A program made the position numbers and the translations under genes. This document shows, piece by piece, positions 16,779 through 28,355 of a DNA stretch of 64,000 nucleotides. How positions within the stretch are numbered: the stretch's first letter is position 1; each line of letters starts with the position of its first letter. The DNA lies in NCBI GenBank assembly GCA_963664325.2, contig CAXXDQ010000004.1:736001-800000 (forward strand), given 5' to 3'. A model generated the notes under the pieces. The model ran no database searches, was not told the origin of the DNA, and saw only the letters and a list, made by a program, of their open reading frames with translations. The stretch is from Desulfomonilia bacterium (GTDB lineage Bacteria > Desulfobacterota > Desulfomonilia > UBA1062).

Positions 16779-19263
16779 ATGAAGAGAAATGCAATTTTGC
16801 TGGCCATGCTATCAATCATGGCAATATGGTTGAGCGGCTGTATCCTTTCAAGCAGTCCTACAGCCACGGAAATATCACTCAAGGTAGGGGACTCGCAGAA
16901 GTTCGCTGTCACTGGATCAGATGAACGGCCCGCTACACTTGGTTCTTGAACGAAAACCCGATCAGCGGTGTTACCACCGCTTCCTATACCTACCTGGCGA
17001 TCATGGCGGACATAGGCCAGAACGTCATCAAGGTGGAGACACAGGACAAGGTTTCGGGCAAGATCGTGAGCAAGGAATGGACTGTCCAATGTCTCAGAAG
17101 ACCAGCCGCCGGTCGCCAATGCCGGACCCGACCAGGACGTGATCTTTAACGGCAGTTCGGTTTGCTCTTGACGGCAGCGGCAGCTTCGACCCTGAAAGCG
17201 AGTCCCTGACCTACATCTGGGAGATAGTCGCGCAGCCTGCAGGCAGCACCTGCTCACTCGACAATCCTGGCGCCATTATGCCGAGCTTCGTCCCTGACAA
17301 GGAAGGCGCCTATACAATACGCCTGATAGTCAATGACGGCAGGCAGAACAGCCTTCCTGACGCAGTCGTCATCAATGTCTATACAACTTTCAGCCCGCCG
17401 GTGGCCAATGCCGGAACCGATCAGAATGTTCTTTTCGGCAATGACACTGTTCTCGACGGAACGGCCAGCACCGATTTCAGCGGCCACGGGCTTACCTACA
17501 AATGGACGATCGATTCAGGCCCGGCCGGCAGCGCCGCAACACTTGACGATCCCACAAAGTCCCAGCCGGTGTTCACCCCGGACAAGAAGGGCATGTATGT
17601 AATAAGCCTGGTCGTTAATGACACCCTTAACGACAGCAACACTGACTGGGTAGTGATTAACGTCTACAACAACGCACCCATCGCCAGGGCCGGTGTGGAT
17701 ATCGTTGTCCCGGACCTCGGCGGCACGGCTTATATCAACGGCAGTGCAAGCTCAGACCCTGATGGAACACCGCTGAGCTTTGAGTGGACACTCACCTCAA
17801 AGCCCATGGGCAGTACTGCAGAACTCAACAACGCAAACATCGCAACCCCGACTCTTAATCCTGACAAAAAAGGTGCGTATCTAGTAAAACTGGTCGTGAG
17901 CGACGGCGACTTGAGCAGCTCTGATATGATCATGGTCACCTGCTCTAACCAGGTGCCCGTGGCAGAAGCAGGGGACCCCATCACCATCCCGTTCCTGGGC
18001 ACGGCGCAGCTTAACGGAAGCGGCTCAGACCCTGACAATGACCCTATTACCTATTCATGGTCAGTAACCTCGGCTCCGGAAGGCAGCACGGCCGCAATCT
18101 CCAATCCCAATATCGCGAACCCGACCTTCACTCCTGACATCAAGGGTGTGTATGAATTGAGCCTGATAGTTACCGACAACGATGTGCCGCCAATTTCCAG
18201 CGCACCCGACACGGTAACCATCACTACCACCAACCACGCACCTGCAGCCAATGCCGGCGCAGACATCAACATTAACCTGTTCGGCACTGCGCATCTTAGC
18301 GGCAGCGGTTCGGACATCGACGGAGACCCGATTGTGGGCTATGCATGGACTATCATAAACACGCCATTCGGCAGCACCGCAACTATCTCCGATCCGGCCC
18401 TGGCAAACCCGACCTTCACCCCGGATAAGAAGGGTGACTATCAGCTCGGTCTTATCGTGTTTGACGGAACAGACTGGAGCCTTGTTGCGGACACCGTTAT
18501 GGTTCATGTATTCAACAACCGGCCCATTGCCGTCATCACCGGCCCGGCCCAGCCCACCCATTATGCCAACCGCACTTTCACGCTCAGCGGTTCATCCAGC
18601 TACGACCCGGACGGCGACCTGATTCGGGGCTACAGGTGGGATTTGGTCAGCAAACCGGATGGCAGCAGTTTAGGAATCAGCAATCAGTACGCCGTGAGCC
18701 AGACCTTCACGCTCGATAAGCCCGGAACATATCTGGTCGACCTGTACGTGAACGACGGCATAATAGAAAGTACTGCCGCTGAATTTACCATCACAACGCC
18801 AACCGCTACGTACACCACATCCTTTGAGAGCGGTTCCACATTGGACAGCGGAGGCAACCAATGGGTCGAGTACAATACCAGCAACATGGGTACTATTGGG
18901 ACCACCACTTCTCAATACAATTCAGGATCGTATAGTTATGTAATAAAAGACTGTAATAATTTGTTGGGCAATTGCGGGTCTGGTTATGGCAAGTTAACCA
19001 ATTATACTGGGGCATACGTCATGTCAGTTACCTACTATGCATATACTCCTTATCTGGAAAAGTTCCCGGCTAATGGAGCCGGCCTTTTCGAGGGTGATAC
19101 CAAGCAGGTCGATTATCCCGGTGTAAACTCCTGGACACAGTATTCATGGGCTCCCAACCGGGCCGTAACGGATATTAATTTCAGGCTTAACGGGACCGGG
19201 GGTGCTACCTGGATATCCCATGTTATGTACTTCGATGACATCAGTGTCACTGTTTGGCAGTAA
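16779..19263 (+). CDS. Cassette 2 gene A: lipoprotein with 6 PKD-like repeats and a variable tip; several frameshifts at ~16920-17170 (pseudogene or assembly error)
   Basis: ORF pieces 16752-16949, 16946-17149 and 17278-19263 are collinear with A4; WLSGC lipobox; ends FDDISVTVWQ. Confidence 0.8.
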
Positions 19264-19383
19264 TTACAGTATGGTAATGCAGGGGGAAGGTGTGAAGCCT
19301 TCCTCCCCGCATAAACATACCGGTGCTGGGGCCTTTGGAATTGGCCGCTTGAGCCGGGCATTAAAATAAGACGGAGGTAATGC

Positions 19384-21537
19384 ATGAAGCGAACAATAAA
19401 TCTTTTACTGATAATGATGATACCGCTCCTGGTATTGTCGGGGTGTATTATATCATCCAACCCCCCGGCCGGTACCATCAAGCTAACCTGGGGCCAGAGC
19501 CAGACATTCAAGGTTTCGGGTATGGGGACATATCAATGGTATCTGAATACTGCTCCCATAACCGGTGAAACCAAGTCAAGCTACGTCTTCAAGAGCACCG
19601 AGCACGTGCTCGGGGACTATGAGCTCAAGGTCATATCGACATCTCCATTAGGCAACGGTGAACGCGTCTGGACTATCAACGTGACCTCGGTTCCAAACAT
19701 AGTGCCAACGGCCACGGGTTGTTCAGACCTTACCAATGTGGGCCTCGTGTGCGACACGGCGTTCAATTGCAGCGACACGGTCCCGAAGGGTGAAGTTATC
19801 AGCCAGACACCTGAAGCGGGAACCAGTGTGCCGGCAGGCACCACGGTGCACCTGACGCTCTCGAGCGGTCCGTGCAATACCAACGAAGTAGAGGTGCCGG
19901 CAGCTACAGACTGCGGCTCAATTGCCGCCGCCGGCCTTGTCTGCAGCACGAGTACCAGCTGCAGCAACGACGTCCCGGCAGGAGTGGTCCTCTCTCAGGA
20001 TCCGCCGGCCGGAACCATGGTCATACCTGGCACAACGGTTTTCCTTACACTTTCCTCAGGCGCATGCACGGCTGAGGTCGAAGTCCCCAACGCCACAAGC
20101 TGCGCGGATGTAGAGGCAGCAGGCTTTGTCTGCAGCAGGATCAGGGATTGCAGCATGACCGTTCCAAGGGACGGCGTGATCAACCAGTCTCCTGCGCCCG
20201 GAATGATGGCTATGCCCGGATCAGTGATATCCCTGAGTCTTTCATCCGGCATGTGCCAGTCACAGGTCCCTGATACGCAAAACTGCGAGGATATAGTGGC
20301 CGCCGGTCTCGTGTGCAGCATAGCGACGGTCTGCAGCGACGCATACCCGGTACCGGGTACGTTCCTTGGCATAAGCCCGGCCCCGGGCACAGGTATCGCC
20401 CCGGGTTCAACGGTTACCATCACACAGTCCAACGGACCCTGCACAGTTGTGGTACCTGATGCGGCAACCTGTGAAGAAATCGTAAGCGCAAGCGGCGGCT
20501 GGCTGACATGCAGCGTTTCCTATGAGTGCAACGATACGGTTCCGGCTGGAACAAAGCTGGGCCAGAACCCGGCCCCGGGCACTGTGGTGACCCCGGGAAC
20601 AGCGGTAGAACTGCTCATCTGCAGCGGCCCATGCCCGGTAATGCTGCCGACGCCTCAGAACGTGAGCGCATCGGATGTCATACTGACCTCTCAGACCGAC
20701 CCGATGCAGAACCATAACTTCAATAACAAGGTGAGGGTCACATGGGATGCGGTCGAGGGGGCAGAGTCTTACAAGATATACCGCGCCAATTCCGCGGTAG
20801 GGACTTATACGCTGATCGGGACTTCTACGACTTTGACTTATGACGACATGCAGAGCGCACAGGAAATTCCGACCCTGGTGCTGCCGGCATGGCCATCGCT
20901 CCCGAGCGACGACCCGGCAACTGCCACAGCGAACCTCAATGCCTACGAGGCGGCTGCACGGCCGATCGCACAGAATTTCAAGGATTTCAAGTACTATAAG
21001 GTCAAGGCCGCAACCACTGATCCTGCTTATACCGACAGCGCCTTCAGCGCCTATGACGAGGGACGCATAGATTACACCGCACAGGAATTTTACGACATTG
21101 CAAAGCTGGTGGGCATGGGGATCCCGATGGCAAGGCTGTTCATAGCGGCTTCCCCTATCGGACTGGGCACCAATGCATTCTGGTACGACGCATGCGGCGA
21201 CGGATACATGAACCTCAAGATAGCCATGGAGGGCCTCGGCGGCAGGGTAACGGCGACTATCTCCAATTTCGTCGAATCCCTGTACTACAATGTACTCACC
21301 AACATGGTCGACTGCAGCCCAACCAAGAGAAAGCTTATGATAGTCAACGGCGGGATAACCGGTACGGTCAATATAAGCATGAACGGCACTGCAACAGGTT
21401 CAATTGCCATAACAGGGAATTACGCAGGCAAGCTCAATGACATAACGATTCCTGTCGTATCTGGATCGATAGAGCCGGGTACAGCGACCATGGTTTATAA
21501 CGGCGAGACCATACCCGGATTCGTGTTCTCATTCTAG
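19384..21537 (+). CDS. Cassette 2 gene B: Cys-PASTA x5 / FN3 lipoprotein
   Basis: Paralog of B1, closest to B4 (IISSNPPAGTIKLTWGQSQTF). Confidence 0.87.
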   Translation: MKRTINLLLIMMIPLLVLSGCIISSNPPAGTIKLTWGQSQTFKVSGMGTYQWYLNTAPITGETKSSYVFKSTEHVLGDYELKVISTSPLGNGERVWTINVTSVPNIVPTATGCSDLTNVGLVCDTAFNCSDTVPKGEVISQTPEAGTSVPAGTTVHLTLSSGPCNTNEVEVPAATDCGSIAAAGLVCSTSTSCSNDVPAGVVLSQDPPAGTMVIPGTTVFLTLSSGACTAEVEVPNATSCADVEAAGFVCSRIRDCSMTVPRDGVINQSPAPGMMAMPGSVISLSLSSGMCQSQVPDTQNCEDIVAAGLVCSIATVCSDAYPVPGTFLGISPAPGTGIAPGSTVTITQSNGPCTVVVPDAATCEEIVSASGGWLTCSVSYECNDTVPAGTKLGQNPAPGTVVTPGTAVELLICSGPCPVMLPTPQNVSASDVILTSQTDPMQNHNFNNKVRVTWDAVEGAESYKIYRANSAVGTYTLIGTSTTLTYDDMQSAQEIPTLVLPAWPSLPSDDPATATANLNAYEAAARPIAQNFKDFKYYKVKAATTDPAYTDSAFSAYDEGRIDYTAQEFYDIAKLVGMGIPMARLFIAASPIGLGTNAFWYDACGDGYMNLKIAMEGLGGRVTATISNFVESLYYNVLTNMVDCSPTKRKLMIVNGGITGTVNISMNGTATGSIAITGNYAGKLNDITIPVVSGSIEPGTATMVYNGETIPGFVFSF

Positions 21538-21546
21538 GAGGAGGTT

Positions 21547-24054
21547 ATGATGAGAAAATACATAGTATTAATTTTATTCGTAGCGCTGTCAGCCATGCTG
21601 AGCGGGTGCATAATAAGCAGGTCGCCCTCAACAAATACTGTCAATTTGCCTTATGGCAGTACGAAGACTTTTAGCGTGTCGGCCTGGCCAAGCGGCACCT
21701 ATACCTGGACTCTGGACGGAGACGTCATGCCGGTTACGGGGAATTCCTACAATTACACCGCTGAATCGGGAACGCATTTCCTCGTAGTGCGCGTACCGAA
21801 ATCCGCTATTGGCGAGGAGGTGCAGGCCTGGACCATCATCACTAACTATCCTCCAGTTGCCGATGCCGGAGGGAACCAGACTGTCGGAGAAAATGTGACC
21901 GTGATGCTTGACGGGTCCAATTCGACAGACCATGACGGCGATATAACCTCCTATGCCTGGGTGCAGACGGATGGCCCCGAGGTCACCCTTTCCGATGCGA
22001 GTGCGGTCCAGCCGACATTCACATCCCCGACTGTGGGCATGAGCGGCGCAGCCCTCGTATTTGAACTGACCGTGACCGATTCCACAGGGCTGACATCCAC
22101 CGCCAGCACGATCGTAAATGTCACCTGGTCGAATATGCCGCCGACAGCCGAGGCAGGCCCGAACCAGACTGTCCCTGATGGCAGTGTGACGGTAACCCTT
22201 GACGGCTCAGCATCCACGGACCCGGATGACGGGATCGCCTCCTACTTCTGGAAACAGACAGGCGGCCCCAGAGTCTTCCTGGACGATGCAACCGCAGTGA
22301 AGCCGACATTCGTGACCCCTGAAATCGTTCCAATAAGCGGGGAAGCAATCACCTTCAAACTGACGGTGACTGACAACGGCGGTCTGAAAGACAGCGATAC
22401 TGTCATAATCAACGTCAGCTGGTCCAACCTGCCGCCTACAGCCAATGCAGGACCTGACCAGACCGTCCCTGAGGGAACCCTGGTAACACTTAACGGGTCA
22501 GGTTCCACCGACCCGGATGACGGGATAGCTTCCTATGCCTGGGTGCAACTGGCAGGCCCGGCGGTCACGCTATCAGACCCGACCGCCATCAATCCGACAT
22601 TCATGCCACCGGATGTGAACATACCCGGAGCAACCCTTACCTTCCAGCTTACAGTAACGGATTTGGGAGGCCTCCAGTCGACAGACACCGTGACGATCAA
22701 TGTCACATGGGTTAACGCGCCGCCGGTGGCCAATGCGGGTCCTGACCAGAGTGTTGAGAGGTACTCGACGGTATACCTCGACGGTACGGGCTCAACCGAC
22801 CCGGATGCCGACGGTATCGCCTCGTACCACTGGATACAGACCGCGGGAGCTACAGTAACGATAAACAACGCCAACTCGGCCATTGCGAATTTCTTTACTC
22901 CCGCTACAGTCGGGGCGTCGTTTACCTTCCAGCTGACCGTGACCGATCCGGGCGGACTGTCATCAACGGATACCTGCATAGTTACGATCAATTCCAACGG
23001 ATCTTTCTTCAAGGCGATATCCGGCGGTTTCAGCTTCTCCCTGGCGATCAAGGTTGACGGGACACTCTGGGCATGGGGCTCCAATGCATATGGCCAGCTC
23101 GGCGACGGAACCACGGCAGACAAGATGTTCCTCACACAGGTGGGCTCCGATAATGACTGGGCCTCGGTGGCCGCCGGGGATTACCATGCCCTGGCCATCA
23201 AGACCGACGGATCGCTCTGGGCCTGGGGCTTTAACGGCAACGGACAGCTCGGTATGGGGGACACTATAACTAGGCTGGTCCCCACACAGGTGGGCACAGA
23301 CAATGACTGGACCGCAGTGGATGCAGGCGCATATCATTCCGTGGGTATAAAGGCCGACGGGACGCTCATGGCCTGGGGGTACAATGCCTTTGGGCAGCTT
23401 GGCAGCGGGTCCATGATAGACGCCAATGTCCCGTCATACGTGGGCGACGGTCTGCCCGGCTGGAGCAAGATAGACGCAGGTGCCTATCATACTGCCGCCA
23501 TCGACGGCAGCGGTAAGCTCTGGACCTGGGGCAAGAACACTACAGGCCAGCTCGGAATCGGGAACACTGTAAACCAGTATTCTCCTGTGCAGGTCGGCAG
23601 CGATACCACCTGGGCAAGCGTAAGCGCTGGCGATGAACAGACCATTGCCAAAAAGTCGGCAGGCACACTCTGGGGCTTCGGCAGGAACAACTTCGGCCAG
23701 CTCGGTGACGGCAGCACTACAAACAGGACGTCCCCGGTTCAGATAGGCAGCGCCACCAACTGGAGCAAGATGGATACCGGGACCACACATACCGCGGCCA
23801 TCAAGACAGACGGAACGTTATGGTGCTGGGGCTATAACAGCAACGGCCAGCTCGGCGACGGGACCACAACCAACAGGCTTGTCCCAACGCAGATCGACGG
23901 TACAGGCTGGCTTACGGCTGATGTCGGGCGTTTCCGCACACTGGGCATCAAGACCGACGAAACCCTCTGGGCCTGGGGCCTCAACAACTTCGGCCAGCTC
24001 GGCGATGGAACCACAGTGGACAAGTGGGTACCCACCCATATAATCATCCACTGA
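21547..24054 (+). CDS. Cassette 2 gene C: PKD x4 + RCC1-like propeller lipoprotein
   Basis: MLSGC lipobox; about 7 RCC1 blades; intact. Confidence 0.88.
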   Translation: MMRKYIVLILFVALSAMLSGCIISRSPSTNTVNLPYGSTKTFSVSAWPSGTYTWTLDGDVMPVTGNSYNYTAESGTHFLVVRVPKSAIGEEVQAWTIITNYPPVADAGGNQTVGENVTVMLDGSNSTDHDGDITSYAWVQTDGPEVTLSDASAVQPTFTSPTVGMSGAALVFELTVTDSTGLTSTASTIVNVTWSNMPPTAEAGPNQTVPDGSVTVTLDGSASTDPDDGIASYFWKQTGGPRVFLDDATAVKPTFVTPEIVPISGEAITFKLTVTDNGGLKDSDTVIINVSWSNLPPTANAGPDQTVPEGTLVTLNGSGSTDPDDGIASYAWVQLAGPAVTLSDPTAINPTFMPPDVNIPGATLTFQLTVTDLGGLQSTDTVTINVTWVNAPPVANAGPDQSVERYSTVYLDGTGSTDPDADGIASYHWIQTAGATVTINNANSAIANFFTPATVGASFTFQLTVTDPGGLSSTDTCIVTINSNGSFFKAISGGFSFSLAIKVDGTLWAWGSNAYGQLGDGTTADKMFLTQVGSDNDWASVAAGDYHALAIKTDGSLWAWGFNGNGQLGMGDTITRLVPTQVGTDNDWTAVDAGAYHSVGIKADGTLMAWGYNAFGQLGSGSMIDANVPSYVGDGLPGWSKIDAGAYHTAAIDGSGKLWTWGKNTTGQLGIGNTVNQYSPVQVGSDTTWASVSAGDEQTIAKKSAGTLWGFGRNNFGQLGDGSTTNRTSPVQIGSATNWSKMDTGTTHTAAIKTDGTLWCWGYNSNGQLGDGTTTNRLVPTQIDGTGWLTADVGRFRTLGIKTDETLWAWGLNNFGQLGDGTTVDKWVPTHIIIH

Positions 24055-24108
24055 GACCGGCGAGGTGGGCAGGTAATAGATTCAAAAAGTAATTAAGCAA
24101 TAAATGAA

Positions 24109-24150
24109 AGGCACGGCCAGGGTTGTTGACCCTGGCCGTGCCTGCTTTTT
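24109..24150 (+). terminator. Intrinsic terminator ending block 1
   Basis: AGGCACGGCCAGGGT-TGTTG-ACCCTGGCCGTGCCT followed by GCTTTTT. Confidence 0.8.
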
Positions 24151-24471
24151 ATGGAAAAAACCGCTGCATATTTTTTATAAATCAGACAAATACGATTTTT
24201 TTAAATTAATCCGGTTTTTTCGTTATCAAAGTTGTACAAGGGTCTTCAAGGGTAGTTTCTATTGAACCTGATATCAACAAAGAAATAAATAAAGGAGTTT
24301 ATTGACTAATTATATCGCATGATTATTGTAATAGGTAGTTCAGTAACCAATAAGTTAATGGTGAGACTATACTGCCTCTGTACATGTCTCTGCCTGGTGA
24401 TGAGCCGCGGCTATGGCGCAAGCCTGTGATGACGCATGACATGGTTGTAAGGAATCATAGGACAGATCGGT

Positions 24472-27081
24472 ATGAATGATAGGGAACGGCTCCTCGAGAC
24501 AATTTTGGATTCCATTACTGCGCATGTGGCAGTTCTGGATAAAAGCGGCAGGATAATCTTTGTAAACTCAGCATGGAAAACTTTTGCCCGGGAGAATGGC
24601 TCTAAGAATGAAGATGCATATCTGGGATTTGATTACCTGGCCGTATGCGAGGCGGCTTTAGAGCGAGAAAATGACGAATCCGCCGCAGCACTTCAGGGTA
24701 TCCGTGAAGTGCTCAATGGCGCAAGGACAGAATTCAGCATGGTATATCCCTGCCACTCGCCGGTCATGAAGCGATGGTTCATCATGCGCGCGTCGGCCAT
24801 GAATGAATACAATGGCGGCATTGTAATCGTCCACAATGATATCACCGAGCGAAAACTGGCCGAGGAGGAGTTGCGCGCAAGCGAGGAGAAGTACCGGAAC
24901 CTGTTCGAGAACCTGGCCGAGCAGGTGCAATTATGGAAACTTGTCCGCGATCAGGCCGGCAACATCCAGACATGGCGTCTGGTGGACATCAACCCCGCCG
25001 GAATGAAAGCCTGGGGCAAGACGCAGGCCGAAACCGTTGGCAAGACCGCGGATGAAATCTTTCCCGGCGCAACGGCTTTTTTCATGCCGATCGTGCAGAA
25101 GATATTCAGGGAAGAAGTGCCCTATTCGCGGGAGTCTTATTTCCCGATGAGCAACCAGTATCTGCATATGATCGACGTGCCGCTTGGCGAATACTTCATC
25201 ACTACCGGCATGGATATCACCGAGCGCAAACGGGCGGAGATGGATCTGCTCAAATCCCAGAACCTGCTCAAAGAAACCGGACACATAGGCAAAGTGGGCG
25301 GCTGGGAGTTCAACATAGACACCTTTGAGCAAACTTGGACCGATGAAGTTTACCGTATCCATGAACTGGGTCCGGACTTCAGGCCGACAGTGGAAAATGG
25401 AATCGCCTTTTACGCCCCTGAAGCCCAAGTGACTATTGAAGAAGCCGTGCGGCGCTCAATCGAACTTGGTGAACCATTCAACGTCGAATTGCCATTCATA
25501 ACCGCCAAAGGAAACCGCCGCTGGGTGCGCGTAATCGGCGAGAGGGATCCCGATAACCGCCGTGTATTCGGCTTTTTCCAGGACATCACCGAACGCAAAC
25601 TTGCCGAGGAAGCCCTGGAGCGGACGAGCAGCACGCTGGCTGAGGCCCAGAAGATCGCGCATCTGGGCAGTTTCGAGTATATCACCGCGAACCGATCGAC
25701 AATCTGGTCAGAGGAACAGTACCGTATTTTCGGTCTCGACCCCATAGATCCTTCGCCGGAGTATGATGTGATGCTTAAGGAGTTCATTCATCCCGACGAT
25801 GCGGCCTCGATGCATGAAGAATTTACGAATGCGATGCAGAACTGTGCTGCCTACGAACACGAACACCGGATCGTGCGGCCGGACGGAAGCGTGCGCTGGG
25901 TATTAAGCAGCGCGCATCCTTACTTTGACGGGCAAGGAAAACTTGCCCGGTACATAGGCATAACGCTGGACATCACGGAACGCAAAGAGGCCGAGCTTGC
26001 ATTAATCAAAGAAAGGGCATTCCTGGAAAGGGTTATGGAAACCGTTCCTGCAGGTGTATTAATATTAGATGCCAACGGGAAGATCTCATATGCAAATTCA
26101 CAGGCAGAGCGAATCCTTGGCTTCTCCCAGGATGAAATCAAGAAGCAACCCTATAACGACCCTGCCTGGAAAAAAACAGATTTAGAAGGGAACTATTTCC
26201 CGGTTGAGGAATTGCCCTTCAGCCGGGTAGTGTCTGCCAGAATACCGGTATATAACGTAGAGCATGCCATCGAAAGGCCGGATGGTAAAAGGGTATTCCT
26301 TTCAGTAAATGCAGCTCTGCTCCTGGACAATAAAGGAAACCTGGAAGGTGTGGTAGAAACAATAAACGATATCACCGCTCTCAAGCAGGCGGAAAAGCGT
26401 ATTCACGCATTTTCCCGCAAACTGTTGAATGTAAGAGAGCAAGAACGCATGCAGATCTCAACCGCCCTTCATCATGACCTTGGATTTGTTACCATAAATG
26501 TAACCTCACGGCTTCAGGCAGCAAAGGATTATCTCCAGGCAAGCAGATTCAGGAAGGCGCTCCAGGTCTTGGAGGAGGGTGAACGCATGTTTACCGAGGC
26601 GATAAGACAATTGAAAAAACTGGCTATTGAACTCCGTCCTCCCGACCTGGATCTCCTCGGACTTCAGAGTGCATTGCGGCAATATTTTGCACAGGTATCA
26701 AAGGGAATTCCCATGAAAATTTCCTTTTCCGACGCCTCCCGGGGCATAACTATCCCTCCTGATTTTCAGACCGTTATCTTCCGGATAGCGCAGGAGTGCC
26801 TGAACAATACAATTCAGCATGCAGGAGCGCTGCATGCAAGAGTGCGCTTATCCGCATCAAAGGGTATGTTGAAACTGTCTTTCACTGATGATGGCCGGGG
26901 TTTCAATCCGGAAAGCTTCATCATCAATCCGGGAGATCATATGGGGTTGCTGACCATGCAGGAAATGGCCAGGGATTCCGGCGGGGATATAAAAATAGAA
27001 TCAAAACCTGGCAAAGGCACAAAAGTCTCTGTAACGGTTCCTTTGAACATGGAAGGTGAAACAAGTGAGGTGGCAAAATGA
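24472..27081 (+). CDS. Cytoplasmic multi-PAS sensor histidine kinase (HisKA_3 / NarX-UhpB type)
   Basis: Five PAS/PAC units ending in DIT; ERMQISTALHHDLG H-box; ECLNNTIQHA, DDGRGF and ESKPGKGT ATPase boxes; no TM segment. Confidence 0.9.
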   Translation: MNDRERLLETILDSITAHVAVLDKSGRIIFVNSAWKTFARENGSKNEDAYLGFDYLAVCEAALERENDESAAALQGIREVLNGARTEFSMVYPCHSPVMKRWFIMRASAMNEYNGGIVIVHNDITERKLAEEELRASEEKYRNLFENLAEQVQLWKLVRDQAGNIQTWRLVDINPAGMKAWGKTQAETVGKTADEIFPGATAFFMPIVQKIFREEVPYSRESYFPMSNQYLHMIDVPLGEYFITTGMDITERKRAEMDLLKSQNLLKETGHIGKVGGWEFNIDTFEQTWTDEVYRIHELGPDFRPTVENGIAFYAPEAQVTIEEAVRRSIELGEPFNVELPFITAKGNRRWVRVIGERDPDNRRVFGFFQDITERKLAEEALERTSSTLAEAQKIAHLGSFEYITANRSTIWSEEQYRIFGLDPIDPSPEYDVMLKEFIHPDDAASMHEEFTNAMQNCAAYEHEHRIVRPDGSVRWVLSSAHPYFDGQGKLARYIGITLDITERKEAELALIKERAFLERVMETVPAGVLILDANGKISYANSQAERILGFSQDEIKKQPYNDPAWKKTDLEGNYFPVEELPFSRVVSARIPVYNVEHAIERPDGKRVFLSVNAALLLDNKGNLEGVVETINDITALKQAEKRIHAFSRKLLNVREQERMQISTALHHDLGFVTINVTSRLQAAKDYLQASRFRKALQVLEEGERMFTEAIRQLKKLAIELRPPDLDLLGLQSALRQYFAQVSKGIPMKISFSDASRGITIPPDFQTVIFRIAQECLNNTIQHAGALHARVRLSASKGMLKLSFTDDGRGFNPESFIINPGDHMGLLTMQEMARDSGGDIKIESKPGKGTKVSVTVPLNMEGETSEVAK

Positions 27082-27731
27082 GTATTCAGGTAATGATAGC
27101 CGATGACCACCAATTAGTCCGCGATGGTCTTAAATTCATCATCGGACATGTCAGCAATGACATCGAAGTGGTCGGTGAGGCATCGAATGGTTATGAGGTA
27201 TTGGAATTAGCGGGAAAAATCTTAGTAGACGTAATCATACTTGATATCACCATGCCCAGGCTTAACGGACTGGAAACACTGCGCAGGCTGATCGCACAAA
27301 GACCCAAAACAAAGGTCATCATACTGAGCATTTACGATACTCAGACCATGGTGGAAGAGGCCATAGACGCCGGAGCCTTTGGGTACATCACCAAGGAGAC
27401 TGCCAGCAAGACCATCGTTGACGCCATTTATGCGGTATTCTCAGGACATTACTATTTCAGCCCTGATATAACCCATCTGTTCATTAAAAAAACCGCGAAG
27501 AGAGGAAGGATACGGGAGTCAACAAACGGTCCTGAATCTCTAACGATTCAGGAAAAGAAAATCATGAGACGTATTGCCGAGGGGTATTCAACCAAGGATA
27601 TCGCTACCGAATTCGGACTGTCCGTGAATACGATCTCAACCCACAGAAAGCATCTGATGGCCAAGCTCGATATCCATAAGCAGGCCGATCTGGTGCGCTA
27701 TGCCATCAGAAAAGGTTTTGTCAAGACCTAG
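27078..27731 (+). CDS. NarL/LuxR-family response regulator
   Basis: ADDH..LDITMP..GYITK receiver and LTIQE..GYSTKDIA..TISTHRKHLMAKL HTH; ATGA overlap with the kinase. Confidence 0.93.
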   Translation: MSIQVMIADDHQLVRDGLKFIIGHVSNDIEVVGEASNGYEVLELAGKILVDVIILDITMPRLNGLETLRRLIAQRPKTKVIILSIYDTQTMVEEAIDAGAFGYITKETASKTIVDAIYAVFSGHYYFSPDITHLFIKKTAKRGRIRESTNGPESLTIQEKKIMRRIAEGYSTKDIATEFGLSVNTISTHRKHLMAKLDIHKQADLVRYAIRKGFVKT

Positions 27732-27896
27732 CAAGCAAAGTGCATTTCATGCACCGTCCCGCACATTTCCAAAATGAGGGGAAAAGGTGAGTAGAACGCA
27801 CCCTATATGATGATTGGAATGCAGGGTGCATAACATGCACTGATGCACTGTCTGCCGGTCCTGATGATTATTCAAAAAATCACCTAACATGCCTGG

Positions 27897-27922
27897 AACA
27901 ATCACCTGTTCAGGTGATTGTT
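27897..27922. promoter_or_regulatory. Perfect 12-2-12 inverted repeat, candidate operator upstream of block 2
   Basis: AACAATCACCTG-TT-CAGGTGATTGTT; an additional AATCACCT half-site at ~27878. Confidence 0.5.
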
Positions 27923-28104
27923 AAATATGAAAACATAACTGATAATATTGATTGGAATAATTATATAAATAAATTCATATTTTAGACATCATCGAAGAAA
28001 AGGTTCTCAGGTTCAACACGATTCTTAGGTAGGATACGCTTTTGCTTCACTGTTTAAGGGATTCATCCAAAGTGATGCATCCCAGTATAATTTGAGGTGG
28101 CGTT

Positions 28105-28248
28105 ATGTTCTTGGGGATAGTGAACAGAGAAGGGCCAAAATCCAATGTTAACCAGTCTGCAAATTTTCTGAGATTTTCCCCGGAAGAGACAGGATGCAAT
28201 CCGAAGGATCGCATCACTGTGAAATTGGAGGTGTTGCTATGTTCTTGA
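28105..28248 (+). CDS. Putative small leader ORF (47 aa)
   Basis: GAGGT RBS; MFLGIVNREGPKSNVNQSANFLRFSPEETGCNPKDRITVKLEVLLCS*. Confidence 0.35.
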   Translation: MFLGIVNREGPKSNVNQSANFLRFSPEETGCNPKDRITVKLEVLLCS

Positions 28249-28355
28249 GGACAATGAACAGGGATGGACCAGGATACCCAGTAAACCAGTCAGAGATTTT
28301 TCTAGGCATAAACAAAAGATATGGGCTGCAACCTTCAGCGTTGCATGTCAAATAA
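28239..28355 (+). CDS. Putative small leader ORF (38 aa)
   Basis: GGAGGT RBS; MFLRTMNRDGPGYPVNQSEIFLGINKRYGLQPSALHVK*; paralog of the previous ORF. Confidence 0.35.
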   Translation: MFLRTMNRDGPGYPVNQSEIFLGINKRYGLQPSALHVK

